From positions 7,745-71,744 of the forward strand of contig CAYUVW010000002.1 of NCBI GenBank assembly GCA_964448405.1: a stretch of DNA of 64,000 bases. The letters run 5' to 3'. The first letter of the stretch is position 1, and each line of letters starts with the position of its first letter. Made by a program: the position numbers and the translations under genes. Below, one piece after another: positions 26,930 through 36,043 of this stretch. This DNA is from an uncultured Candidatus Peribacteria bacterium (GTDB taxonomy: Bacteria > Patescibacteriota > Gracilibacteria > Peribacterales > Peribacteraceae). Under the pieces are notes generated by a model that saw nothing but the letters and a program-made list of their open reading frames with translations, was not told the DNA's origin and searched no databases.

Positions 26930-27643
26930 ATGGCCACCTTTAAAGGACTCATCGGCCCCCGCTACTTACCGCTTTCGGAAGAAAAGGGCAGGCGCATTGC
27001 GCAAACGCCGCCACGCCATGGCGTAATCACAGAGCTTCCAGGTTTTCTCACCGATGACGGCGTGACGCAATTTCGTAAGGAAGCACGCGAGCTTCTGGTG
27101 CATGGCCAGCGCCGGGACCTGCGCCTGCATGGAACACCCCGGCACCTGCGCACGGTAAATGCTGCCACGCTCATGGCGATCGGGAAGCTGATCCCTGGAC
27201 TGCTGCAATCACCAGAACTTCTAAAATTTGTCAGTGGCATCGCGGGCACCGAGCTCGTTCCCTACGGCGACGAGAACGAAGCGGCTGTCCTACTGCATTT
27301 GGAGCAAATCGGCGACACACATGGCGGTCACAAGGATTCCTTTCTCTACACCTTCGGTCTCGCGCTGGAGTTGCCGGGAAAATATGAGAAAGGCGGCCAC
27401 CTGGAATACGTGTCCGGCTCGTCTGAACCGCGCATGCTGGAAACCAAGGCCCGACATGAACATCACATGCAGTTGGGCGACGCGTACCTTCTGCACCGCA
27501 GCGACCTAAACGTCCACCGCGTCGCACCATTGCAGCTGGCGGCATCTCGCCGGACCATGCTCAGCCTGGCGCTGACCACTCCAGAGGAACGCGACCGTCC
27601 ATCGGACTCCAGTGAAGCCCTGTTCAGTCCGGAACAGCTCTAG
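26930..27643 (+). CDS. probable Fe(II)/2-oxoglutarate-dependent oxygenase-like protein
   Basis: 237 aa. A possible HxD...H facial triad (GGHKDSF ... NVHRV) followed by RRTMLSLAL. The assignment is tentative. Confidence 0.4.
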   Translation: MATFKGLIGPRYLPLSEEKGRRIAQTPPRHGVITELPGFLTDDGVTQFRKEARELLVHGQRRDLRLHGTPRHLRTVNAATLMAIGKLIPGLLQSPELLKFVSGIAGTELVPYGDENEAAVLLHLEQIGDTHGGHKDSFLYTFGLALELPGKYEKGGHLEYVSGSSEPRMLETKARHEHHMQLGDAYLLHRSDLNVHRVAPLQLAASRRTMLSLALTTPEERDRPSDSSEALFSPEQL

Positions 27644-27726
27644 AAGCCAAAGGCGCTTGCGCAAGGCCTGCGTTCGCTTATACTGCCGTGGCGCATTGTT
27701 CTTTTGACCTCTCTTTTTATAGCCGC

Positions 27727-27801
27727 GGCCTCATCGTCTAACGGCTAGGACACTTGGTTCTCATCCAGGAAATCGGGGTTCGATTCCCCGTGGGGCTGCC
27801 A
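27727..27801 (+). tRNA. tRNA-Glu (anticodon CUC), CCA encoded
   Basis: Folded by hand. Acceptor GGCCTCA/TGGGGCT (two G-U pairs), D arm GTCT-AACGGCTA-GGAC, anticodon arm CTTGG-TTCTCAT-CCAGG, T arm CGGGG-TTCGATT-CCCCG, discriminator G, then CCA. Confidence 0.9.
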
Positions 27802-28357
27802 CATTCAGAAAATCCGACTTCATGGCTTCTGTAAGCTATTTTCATGGTTCGACAACATCGCAGTAAACGGCCGGAAAGTTGACGCTGGCTGAATTGATGG
27901 AACAATCGGCGTATGAATACGCCTCGCGGAGTTCCGCTGTCGTCCGACAGCATCCCGCCCGGAACCGGCCTTGTACAGTCGGTGGAATGCTCTGGAGCGA
28001 ATATCAAGAAACTCGAACTTCCTGTCGTCGCGCAAATCAACACGTTCGCCAATGGCATCCGGAGGGTGTGCTGCCCGCATGGCAGAAAATTGATATCCAG
28101 AAGCAACGTAGGTGAGCTGCACTGTCAAACAGGCACTATAAAAGGTGGTGGTTTGGAAAGGTGCATCTACGCCTGGGAAGATCCGTCTGCGGCGTAATAC
28201 TCATGCTCCATGTATCCAAGGCGTTGAGGTGGTAGACCCTAAAACGCCGGACATGCGTGAACAACGAAAGCTGCTTGCTTGAGCGTGGAACAGATAGAGT
28301 TGTGCGCTGCTAGAAAGAGGCAGAATGATGCTGGTATTTCTATATATTTTTTTGCAG

Positions 28358-28397
28358 ATGCAAAAATTTTGCATTTCAAATGAAGCAGCGATAGGGT
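28358..28397 (+). promoter_or_regulatory. putative Zur operator overlapping the znuA promoter
   Basis: Perfect 8-1-8 palindrome ATGCAAAAATTTTGCAT (28358-28374). TTGCAT (28369-28374), a 17-nt spacer, then TAGGGT (28392-28397), followed by GCCG as at the zur promoter. Confidence 0.6.
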
Positions 28398-28402
28398 GCC
28401 GC

Positions 28403-28455
28403 CAGACGGCAGAACACATAGGGCGTTTGCAACACACTCTCTGCCGTCTGTTTTT
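28403..28455 (+). promoter_or_regulatory. terminator-like hairpin with U-run in the znuA 5' leader
   Basis: CAGACGGCAG (28403-28412) pairs with CTGCCGTCTG (28441-28450), followed by TTTTT. It begins about 6 nt after the predicted -10 and ends 20 nt before the znuA ATG. Confidence 0.45.
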
Positions 28456-28474
28456 CCTCTTTCCCTTCCAGATC

Positions 28475-29419
28475 ATGAAACGCATGACCTTATGTTTGGC
28501 CCTTGTAGTGAGCACAGCACTCTTTGCTGCCTGCGCACCCAGCGCCACGAAGCCAGTGGCAGTGCAAAAACTGCAGCTGACTGCCAGCTTTTACCCACTT
28601 GCGTTTTTGGCACGCGAGATCGGCGGAGACCTTGTGGAGGTACAACAGGTAACACCTGGCGGCGTCGAGCCGCATGATTTCGAGCCGACGCCAGAACAAA
28701 TAGTCGCCATGAATAATGCCAAAATCTTCCTGATGAATGGAGAGGGCGTGGATCCATGGGCAGACAAAGTACGCAATGAATTGGAGCAAAAAGGCGTCAT
28801 TACGGTAAAAATGACGGAGAACATCCCGCTGCTGGCTGGCGTCGAGGAAGAAGATGAAGATGAGGCCGACCCTGATCATTCGCATGCACATGCGCAGGAC
28901 CCCCATATTTGGCTCAGCCCAGTCAATGCACGCGCTCAAGCCGAGCTCATTCGTGACGCGCTTCTCATCGCAGATCCTGGACATGCCGAAATGTACACCT
29001 CGAATACTGCAGCGTTGCTGCAGGCTCTTGCCAAACTGGATGAAGAGTTCCGCGCGGGGCTAAGTGATTGTTCAGTGAAGCAGGTCGTGGTATCGCATAA
29101 TGCATTCAGATACATGGCGAAGGAATACGGCTTCGAGACGCTGGCCATTGCCGGCCTATCGCCTGACCAGGAGCCATCTCCCAAGCGCATTGCTGAAGTG
29201 GCAACTCTCGCCAAACAAATCGGCATCAAGTATATCTTCTTCGAGTCACTGGTCAGCCCCAAGTTGGCGCAGACGGTTGCCGACGAAATTGGGGCGCAGT
29301 CGCTCGTACTCAATCCGATTGAAGGGCTGACTGACGGTGATGTGATGCGCAACGACAACTATCTCTCGATCATGCGACAGAACTTGGCAAACCTCCGTAC
29401 CGCCATGCAATGCCAGTAG
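28475..29419 (+). CDS. znuA: zinc ABC transporter substrate-binding lipoprotein
   Basis: Lipobox LFAAC. Cluster A-I SBP with the acidic/His-rich loop EEEDEDEADPDHSHAHAQDPH, which is characteristic of ZnuA. Confidence 0.85.
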   Translation: MKRMTLCLALVVSTALFAACAPSATKPVAVQKLQLTASFYPLAFLAREIGGDLVEVQQVTPGGVEPHDFEPTPEQIVAMNNAKIFLMNGEGVDPWADKVRNELEQKGVITVKMTENIPLLAGVEEEDEDEADPDHSHAHAQDPHIWLSPVNARAQAELIRDALLIADPGHAEMYTSNTAALLQALAKLDEEFRAGLSDCSVKQVVVSHNAFRYMAKEYGFETLAIAGLSPDQEPSPKRIAEVATLAKQIGIKYIFFESLVSPKLAQTVADEIGAQSLVLNPIEGLTDGDVMRNDNYLSIMRQNLANLRTAMQCQ

Positions 29420-30174
29420 CCTCCGCCATCATTGAAGTACAGAACCTTTCGTTCCGTTTTGGCGGACACACAATTCTGGAGAACGTGAACTTCGTCGTAA
29501 CGCCAGGCAGTTACGTCGGCATCATCGGGCCGAATGGCGGCGGGAAAACAACGTTGCTCAAGCTCTTGCTTGGACTACTGAAGCCGCAAGAAGGAATGGT
29601 GAATGTCTTCGGACTGCCGCCACAACTAGCACGTTCCCGTGGACGCATCGGCTACGTTCCTCAGCGGGTCATTCAATCAGATGCATCGTGTCCGGCGACA
29701 GTGGAGGAAGTCGTCCGCAGCGGGCGGACGCCTTGCATCGGTTTTACATCGCGCTACAACACTTGCGACAACTGTGCAGTCGAAGAAGCACTGCGAGACA
29801 CCGGCGTAGAGTCGTTGCGACACAGGTCGATCGCTGAACTCTCGGGTGGTGAGCGCCAGCGAGTATTTATCTCCCGAGCATTGGCGGCACAACCACGCCT
29901 TCTGTTGTTGGATGAACCGACCACCGGCGTTGATTCCCAAGCAACCGAAGGGTTCTACGACTTACTACAGCACCTGAATCAGACCCACGATATGACCATC
30001 ATCATCGTTTCCCACGATGTGGAAGCGGTTGCAAAAGACGTCCAGTCCGTACTGTGCGTGAATCGCCGTCTCATCGCACATTGCGGGCCGCAAGACGCTC
30101 TCAGTGAACCGAACATGCGCTCACTTTACGGCCAACGCCGCCTGCCGATGCATCACCACCATGACCATGCTTGA
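29410..30174 (+). CDS. znuC: zinc ABC transporter ATPase with His-rich C-terminal tail
   Basis: Walker A GPNGGGKTT, signature LSGGERQRV, Walker B LLLLDEP. The tail is PMHHHHDHA. Confidence 0.9.
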   Translation: MPVASAIIEVQNLSFRFGGHTILENVNFVVTPGSYVGIIGPNGGGKTTLLKLLLGLLKPQEGMVNVFGLPPQLARSRGRIGYVPQRVIQSDASCPATVEEVVRSGRTPCIGFTSRYNTCDNCAVEEALRDTGVESLRHRSIAELSGGERQRVFISRALAAQPRLLLLDEPTTGVDSQATEGFYDLLQHLNQTHDMTIIIVSHDVEAVAKDVQSVLCVNRRLIAHCGPQDALSEPNMRSLYGQRRLPMHHHHDHA

Positions 30175-31000
30175 AATGTTTCAATACGCCTTTATGGTCC
30201 GTGCGATGATCGCAGGACTTGCTGTGGCAGTCGTCGCACCAACAGTCGGCATTTTCTTGGTCACTCGTCGCTACTCGTTCATGGCAGATACATTATCGCA
30301 CGTTTCGCTGGCTGGCGTCACAGCCGCTTTTCTCCTCGGCATGCAGCCCATTGTGACGGCATTGGCCGCATCGATCTGTACGGCATTGACCGTGGAGAAA
30401 CTGCGTCATTCTGGTCGCGTACTGGGAGAATCGGGTCTTGCGCTCTTTCTGTCAGGCGGAATGGCTCTTGCCGCAGTTCTACTGAGTATGTCGAAAGGAA
30501 TAAATTTGAACCTCGGCAGCGTACTCTTTGGCAGCATCGCTACCGTAACGACGACCGACGTACAATTGATCCTGATTCTGGGCTTGGGAGTACTGACAAT
30601 CATTGCGCTGCTGTACCGACAATTGTTCTGCATTTCATTGGATGAAGAATTGGCGATCACCAGCGGCTTACCGGTCGAACAACTGAATCAGGTCCTGGTG
30701 GTGCTTGCAGCGGTAATCGTTTCTCTGTCCATGCGCATCGTCGGCGTGCTGCTGGTAGGCGCACTCATGGTGATTCCGGTGATTGCCGCCATGCAATGGC
30801 GACGGAGCTTTCTGCAAACCCTCTTGTTGTCGGTTGCCAACTCGTTGTTCTCGGTCGTGGCTGGACTCGTTACTTCGTACCACCTCGGCTGGGCAAGCGG
30901 CGGGACAATCGTATTGATTGCAATCTGCATATTCTTGATGAGCATGCTTGGCAGAACGACGCTTTTCGCGCTGAAGAACAAGCAACTCACGTCGTTGTAA
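30161..31000 (+). CDS. znuB: zinc ABC transporter permease
   Basis: ABC-3 family, 8-9 TM. Alternative ATGs at 30167 and 30176. Overlaps the znuC stop. Confidence 0.85.
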   Translation: MTMLEMFQYAFMVRAMIAGLAVAVVAPTVGIFLVTRRYSFMADTLSHVSLAGVTAAFLLGMQPIVTALAASICTALTVEKLRHSGRVLGESGLALFLSGGMALAAVLLSMSKGINLNLGSVLFGSIATVTTTDVQLILILGLGVLTIIALLYRQLFCISLDEELAITSGLPVEQLNQVLVVLAAVIVSLSMRIVGVLLVGALMVIPVIAAMQWRRSFLQTLLLSVANSLFSVVAGLVTSYHLGWASGGTIVLIAICIFLMSMLGRTTLFALKNKQLTSL

Positions 31001-31038
31001 GCATCCTCAAGCCACGCGAGTTGTGGTATACTAATCCG

Positions 31039-32016
31039 ATGCAAATTCGCCTCTCTCCGGTCTCCGGCACATCGCTGCGAATTTGCCTGTATCTGGCTGT
31101 CCCCGTACTTGCAGTGTACGGCGTGCATCAATTGAGCAATTGGCTCTCACCCGGGACGTTGCACGTGCTTTCCATGAAATTCTTGAGCCTCTTCATTGAA
31201 GCGACTCCGTTTTTGCTGATCGGCAGCATTGTTTCAGGGATGATTGAAACGTATGTCAGTCCGGATGCGCTCATGCGCTTCGTACCAAAGAACCGCTGCG
31301 CGCGCGTACTGGTGGGGTCATGTCTGGGAATGGTATTTCCAGTCTGTGAATGCGGAGTCGTGCCTGTCGTACGAAGACTGCTGCGCAAAGGCATGCCTTC
31401 GGGGATGGCAATTGCATTCTTGCTTGGTGCCCCGACACTGAACCCGATTGTCCTGCTGAGTACCATAAAAGCATTCGGTTTTGGGCCAATCCTCTTCTGG
31501 CGAATGGCGGGAACAGTAGCGGTCGCATCGCTGGTGGGAATAGCAGTAAGCGGAAAAGTGTTACCGGATCCGCGTACAAACGGTCACGTGCATCGGGCTC
31601 CTGCTCGAAGTATTCGCGATGCGCTCGCGCATGCCGCAGATGATTTTTTGGGCATCGGAGGATACCTTGTCCTGGGCGCCATCTTGGCGACATGCACACA
31701 GGCATTCGTATCTCAATCCATGATCGCATCCATCGGCATGCACCCCGTGTTGTCGGTTCCTGCAATGGAAATTCTGGCATTCGTACTCAGCATCTGCTCG
31801 ACAATCGATGCCTTCATCGCCGTTGGATTCACCGGCACGTTCAGCGCAGGTGCGATCGTTGCATTTTTGGTGTACGGACCCATGGTCGATATCAAGAGCA
31901 CGCTCATGTTCTTGAATGTCTTCCCGCGCAAGACAGTGCTCAGCCTCATGCTGTTCCCGCTGCTGCTGACGACGGTGCTTGGCGTTCTGCTGAATTTGCT
32001 TCATCTCTTGCGCTGA
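31039..32016 (+). CDS. DUF318/ArsP-type predicted permease
   Basis: 325 aa from ATG 31039. GMVFPVCECGVVPVVRRLLRKGMP and AFLLGAPTLNPIV are typical of this permease family. Confidence 0.7.
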   Translation: MQIRLSPVSGTSLRICLYLAVPVLAVYGVHQLSNWLSPGTLHVLSMKFLSLFIEATPFLLIGSIVSGMIETYVSPDALMRFVPKNRCARVLVGSCLGMVFPVCECGVVPVVRRLLRKGMPSGMAIAFLLGAPTLNPIVLLSTIKAFGFGPILFWRMAGTVAVASLVGIAVSGKVLPDPRTNGHVHRAPARSIRDALAHAADDFLGIGGYLVLGAILATCTQAFVSQSMIASIGMHPVLSVPAMEILAFVLSICSTIDAFIAVGFTGTFSAGAIVAFLVYGPMVDIKSTLMFLNVFPRKTVLSLMLFPLLLTTVLGVLLNLLHLLR

Positions 32017-32020
32017 AACC

Positions 32021-32926
32021 ATGCCTACCTCTTTTGATCTGAAGCGGCCTGATCCACATACGCACTGCGGTTGTGAACATGCATCCGCCGCTGTCGGCGA
32101 CTGGGCTGGAACCGCGCTGCTCTACGGCGGAGGAATGTATTTTCTCGCGCTGATCGGCTCAGGAAATCTGTCGAATTACGTTCACAGCAGGTTCACATGG
32201 ATTGTCTGGATCGGCGCAGCCGCGTTCTTTGTCTTGGCTTACGTAAAAATGACGACAACCGCTTCTGGAAAATCACAGTGCTGTGGCAGTCATGCCGAGT
32301 GGAAGCTCTGGTTGCTGGCATTACCGCTGATGATGGGATTTCTTCTCCCATCCGCGCCACTGAATGCATCCAGCATTAGCCGCCAGGCTCCACAATCCAC
32401 AAGCACGCCGGGTCCGAGGCGCCCTCCGCCGGACGTACAAGCAATCTTGAAAGATGAAGTCGGCATGAGCATGTTGCTCACTCCCGAATCCGATCCGGAT
32501 CTGCTTGGCAATATGTACGACACCACTACGCCGGACCCCGCACGCTTGCGCACCACGACGGACTACACGCTCTTGGATTGGTTTTGGAAGTATGTGGACG
32601 TAGGCGAACAACGGCAAACTCTGGATGGCCAACGTGTCGATCTGGTGGGCTTCGTCTACCGCGGCGAGAACGATACAGAGAAGGAATTCATCCTCGCTCG
32701 GTACTTTATGTACCATTGCATCTTCGACACCATTCCCATTGGCATACCAACTACATGGCAAGAAGGGGGTGAGCTTGCCGAAGATACGTGGGTACGCGTG
32801 CGTGGAACGCTTCGCTTTGTTCCCGATGATTCCGGCACACCCTTGCTGACCATTGCAGCAGATACAATTGAAGTGGTGCCGCAACCCGAAACGCCCTACC
32901 TGTATCCGGACGGCATGCTCCTTTAG
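32021..32926 (+). CDS. TIGR03943 (DUF1980) family membrane protein, usual partner of the DUF318 permease
   Basis: Two N-terminal TM helices. C-terminal domain with FILARYFMYHCIFDTIPIGI ... WVRVRGTL. Confidence 0.6.
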   Translation: MPTSFDLKRPDPHTHCGCEHASAAVGDWAGTALLYGGGMYFLALIGSGNLSNYVHSRFTWIVWIGAAAFFVLAYVKMTTTASGKSQCCGSHAEWKLWLLALPLMMGFLLPSAPLNASSISRQAPQSTSTPGPRRPPPDVQAILKDEVGMSMLLTPESDPDLLGNMYDTTTPDPARLRTTTDYTLLDWFWKYVDVGEQRQTLDGQRVDLVGFVYRGENDTEKEFILARYFMYHCIFDTIPIGIPTTWQEGGELAEDTWVRVRGTLRFVPDDSGTPLLTIAADTIEVVPQPETPYLYPDGMLL

Positions 32927-33009
32927 GCTACGCAATCATCTGCCAGCAGATACGGCATTTTGGGAACGCCAATCTGCCGGAAACTCGCGAAGGCGAACCC
33001 TTCGGATTC

Positions 33010-33216
33010 TTAATCTTTTGAAGAGCTATTTCGCAAAAAGAGCCGACTGGCTTCGTCGTACAGCGCCCCCTTCACAGCAGCAACGCGTCGTTCTATGGCA
33101 GCAGCTGCTTCGCCGGGGATGCGCTCACCTCGTTCTAAGAATTGCACAAACTCCGCATCCGACATTTTGTCGTAGACTGTCTGCTTAGGGGTTGTAGGAG
33201 TGCGCTTAGGAAGCAT
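33010..33216 (-). CDS. hypothetical small protein
   Basis: 68 aa, and the only plausible ORF in this gap. No motif recognised. Confidence 0.3.
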   Translation of the reverse strand: MLPKRTPTTPKQTVYDKMSDAEFVQFLERGERIPGEAAAAIERRVAAVKGALYDEASRLFLRNSSSKD

Positions 33217-33322
33217 GCTTGCAGACTAAGGCACCAAGAAGAAAGCGCAAGAATTTTAACAGTGAAGTCGAAAATAGGCTGTTCTGCATCGGTAAAAAGA
33301 CTGAGCGTGTTACTATCGCCAC

Positions 33323-33733
33323 ATGTCGAAAACGGCACTCAATCTTTCGGTCGTCATTCCCGCTCCCGCCGCGCAGGTGTGGCGCATGTTCAACGACCCC
33401 GAATTCACCCGAGAGATGGGCGGCGAATACGTTTCGGAGTGGAAAGTCGGCTCACATTTGTGTTGGATGGGACCCGAAGGAGTGATGTTCACCGACGGCA
33501 GAATCCTGAAGATTGTGCCGTGCAAGCTGTTGCAGCACACGCTATTCCATCCGGACAGCAACGAGGAGCTGATGTCGACCATCACCTATGAACTGACGGA
33601 GCAAGGCGGTTCGACGACCGTGAAAATCTTGGAGCAATTCGCCGATCCGATTTCCGAGGACGAGTACGAAGACTCGCTCGGCGCCTGGGAAGCAGCGCTG
33701 GATGCAGTGAAGGAGTTGCTGAGCAAATCCTGA
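33323..33733 (+). CDS. SRPBCC/AHSA1-family protein
   Basis: VIPAPAAQVWRMFNDPE is a typical N-terminal strand-helix of this family. TACTAT (33311-33316) lies 6 nt before the ATG. Confidence 0.7.
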   Translation: MSKTALNLSVVIPAPAAQVWRMFNDPEFTREMGGEYVSEWKVGSHLCWMGPEGVMFTDGRILKIVPCKLLQHTLFHPDSNEELMSTITYELTEQGGSTTVKILEQFADPISEDEYEDSLGAWEAALDAVKELLSKS

Positions 33734-33734
33734 T

Positions 33735-34730
33735 CTACACGAGGTAGATATACCCTTTCAACGACTGCTGCGGACCGAGGTGCCCCGACATCTGTGCGGG
33801 GGCCACCGTTTTCAGCCTGCCGTCGTAGCCGCCACCCCAGGTGTCCGAGTCCGGTCCGTTGTCGGCTGCAAAGCTGGCATACGAACTGCCGTTAGCTTCG
33901 TTGAGCAAAATATTCCCGGCCGCATCTACGGCTTCCACAAACGCGACGTGGCCGTTGTTGGGATCGGAGTTCAGCGTCCACACAGCCACGGCGTTGGCAC
34001 GCGGAGTAGTGCCGAATTGGTACGGCTTACCGGGGCCCGTGAGCTGGTCGATCCACTTCTGTCCGGCCGCATTGGAACCGAACGTGGGAACGGACCTCAG
34101 GTCGATCTTGAGCTTTTCTTTAGTACGCGCGTAGACGAACGCCGTGCACTGTCCTCCATTCCCGATATTCACGTACATGTTGGCACTCTTCTCGCAGTAC
34201 GCGGCATTGCGCAGATCTGGAAGATTGTTGCCGGCCACCGGATTGATGGTGATGACCGTCCACACGTTACCTCCTTTGGCGGGACTGCCGGGCGCGGTAA
34301 ACACCGTGATCTTGCTTCCGTCGGGACGACGCAATTCCCATGGCGCAGCCTGGGCAGCGCCGGACTTGGCATTGCTCTTCACGGCCTTCATGGGGATGGA
34401 AATCGTTGCAGTCGCACCAGCAGCCGTAACAGGAACAACGGCGCTTGTCGGCGCACCCAGCGCATCGGTGGGCTTGTTGGCCGAACCGTATGTTGGCAGA
34501 CGCACCAGCGTGCAGCCGGTCCACGCATCGGGACACATGTTCTTCAGGACGATGGTTTGAGTAAACGCGGAGTTCTCCCCCATGACTTGCCGCGTTGCGA
34601 CGGACTTGGAGACGAACAACGCGCCCAACTGGGCGTCGGCAGGAGACGGCATAGGCGAAGGGGAAGCACTTCTGTCGTGGAGCGATTCTACACCTGGATC
34701 ATCCGGACAATGCTGAAGATGGGAACGCAA
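33735..34730 (-). CDS. CHAP-domain peptidoglycan amidase/peptidase with an N-terminal Ig-like (NBR1-like) domain
   Basis: Catalytic GGQCTAFVYART (Cys) and NGHVAFVEAV (His). N-terminal IVLKNMCPDAWTGCTLV. No obvious signal peptide. Confidence 0.65.
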   Translation of the reverse strand: MRSHLQHCPDDPGVESLHDRSASPSPMPSPADAQLGALFVSKSVATRQVMGENSAFTQTIVLKNMCPDAWTGCTLVRLPTYGSANKPTDALGAPTSAVVPVTAAGATATISIPMKAVKSNAKSGAAQAAPWELRRPDGSKITVFTAPGSPAKGGNVWTVITINPVAGNNLPDLRNAAYCEKSANMYVNIGNGGQCTAFVYARTKEKLKIDLRSVPTFGSNAAGQKWIDQLTGPGKPYQFGTTPRANAVAVWTLNSDPNNGHVAFVEAVDAAGNILLNEANGSSYASFAADNGPDSDTWGGGYDGRLKTVAPAQMSGHLGPQQSLKGYIYLV

Positions 34731-34735
34731 TGGAG

Positions 34736-35377
34736 CTATTGCCTCAACAATCCTCTCTCAATCACCACCGACTGATCCCGCTCTCCACCCAGCGTACGCA
34801 CACGCCATCCGCTGCCTTCTTGCCGCAGGCACTCTTCCACCGCACGCGACACTCCGGGAAAGCGGCGCAATTCTTGCGTGCCGTAATCATCGACCACAAG
34901 AATTCCGTGCTCCGACATGCGCGGCAGCACCAGACGCAAGCATTCGCGTACCGCTTGGTAAAAGTCGCAATCAATATGCACCAGTGAAAACGGACCCGAA
35001 ATGTTCGGCAACGTATCGGCAAAGACACCCTTGTGCAGGGCGCACACACTTTGCAGGTCGTACGCGGAAAGCAAATCGACCACTGTGTCTGGACTGCTAT
35101 CGGCAAAAATTCCGGGGCCGGCTATGGTGCCAGCATCCTCTGGACCGGGTACCGGCAAACCTTGCCAGCTATCCAGCAAATGTACCGTGCGGCCGGGCGC
35201 GTACTGCAAACTGGCCTGAGCCAAGAGCAGCGCGCTGCCGCCGCGAAATACACCCAGTTCCACCATGTCACCTTCATTGCGCCGCGCCTGCCCGATAGCT
35301 TGTTCGTACAACAAGCGCAGGCGCTGGACATCGTTCACCGATATTTCCGTCGCTGCGCGAAAGACCGCTTCATCCAT
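34736..35377 (-). CDS. TylF/MycF-type class I SAM-dependent methyltransferase
   Basis: DMVELGVFRGGSALLLA, VHLLDSWQGLP and LVHIDCDFYQAV ... VVDDYG. Confidence 0.7.
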   Translation of the reverse strand: MDEAVFRAATEISVNDVQRLRLLYEQAIGQARRNEGDMVELGVFRGGSALLLAQASLQYAPGRTVHLLDSWQGLPVPGPEDAGTIAGPGIFADSSPDTVVDLLSAYDLQSVCALHKGVFADTLPNISGPFSLVHIDCDFYQAVRECLRLVLPRMSEHGILVVDDYGTQELRRFPGVSRAVEECLRQEGSGWRVRTLGGERDQSVVIERGLLRQ

Positions 35378-35516
35378 GTGAACAGCCTACCATGGAGTAA
35401 AACGACGGATGCGCGTTGTGAGGGCTCCGGAAGCCGGAACCGGCAAATTCACCTCATGCCGAAACACCGTGCAACTGTTTTGCGCTAGTATCCAGTTCTC
35501 TCCTCCACCGCACGTC

Positions 35517-36011
35517 ATGGCCTACAAACCGCCCAAGCCAGCGCTTCCGCGCGACCCACTGCAGCAATTCAACCTTGTGATCACCCATGAGTTTGCAGCT
35601 CCGCGCGAACGCGTGTTCAAAGCCTGGGTCGAGCCTGCGCAAATGGCCAAGTGGTGGGGGCCCAACGGCTTCACCAATCCCACCTGCGAATTGGATGCGA
35701 AAGCCGGCGGCGCGATATTCATAGAGATGACCGGGCCGGACGGAACGTCGTATCCCATGAGCGGCATGTTCCGCGAGGTAATAGAGCCGGAACTGTTGGT
35801 CTTCAGCGCCATTCCGGCAATGGAGGCTGGACGACCGGTAGCAGAAGTTATGGATACCGTGATGTTCGAAGACATTGGAGGAAAAACAAAGATGACTCTG
35901 CGCGCGCATGTCGTGAGCGCAAACGCCACCGGCCTGAAGATGCTGCAGGGACAAAAACAAGGCTGGATAGAAAGCCTGGAACGTCTGGACGCATTGTTGC
36001 TCTCGGCCTGA
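35517..36011 (+). CDS. SRPBCC/AHSA1-family protein
   Basis: 164 aa from ATG 35517. ITHEFAAPRERVFKAWVEPAQMAKWWGP is the classic AHSA1 N-terminus. Confidence 0.75.
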   Translation: MAYKPPKPALPRDPLQQFNLVITHEFAAPRERVFKAWVEPAQMAKWWGPNGFTNPTCELDAKAGGAIFIEMTGPDGTSYPMSGMFREVIEPELLVFSAIPAMEAGRPVAEVMDTVMFEDIGGKTKMTLRAHVVSANATGLKMLQGQKQGWIESLERLDALLLSA

Positions 36012-36043
36012 TACGCTGTATCTGCATCTTTTCCCCTTTCTTT

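Noticed and set aside
27820-28128. 102-aa minus-strand ORF downstream of tRNA-Glu as a real gene
   Set aside because: No start context, promoter or family motif. It overlaps other equally long ORFs in several frames. It is kept only as a possible decayed remnant (see the finding).
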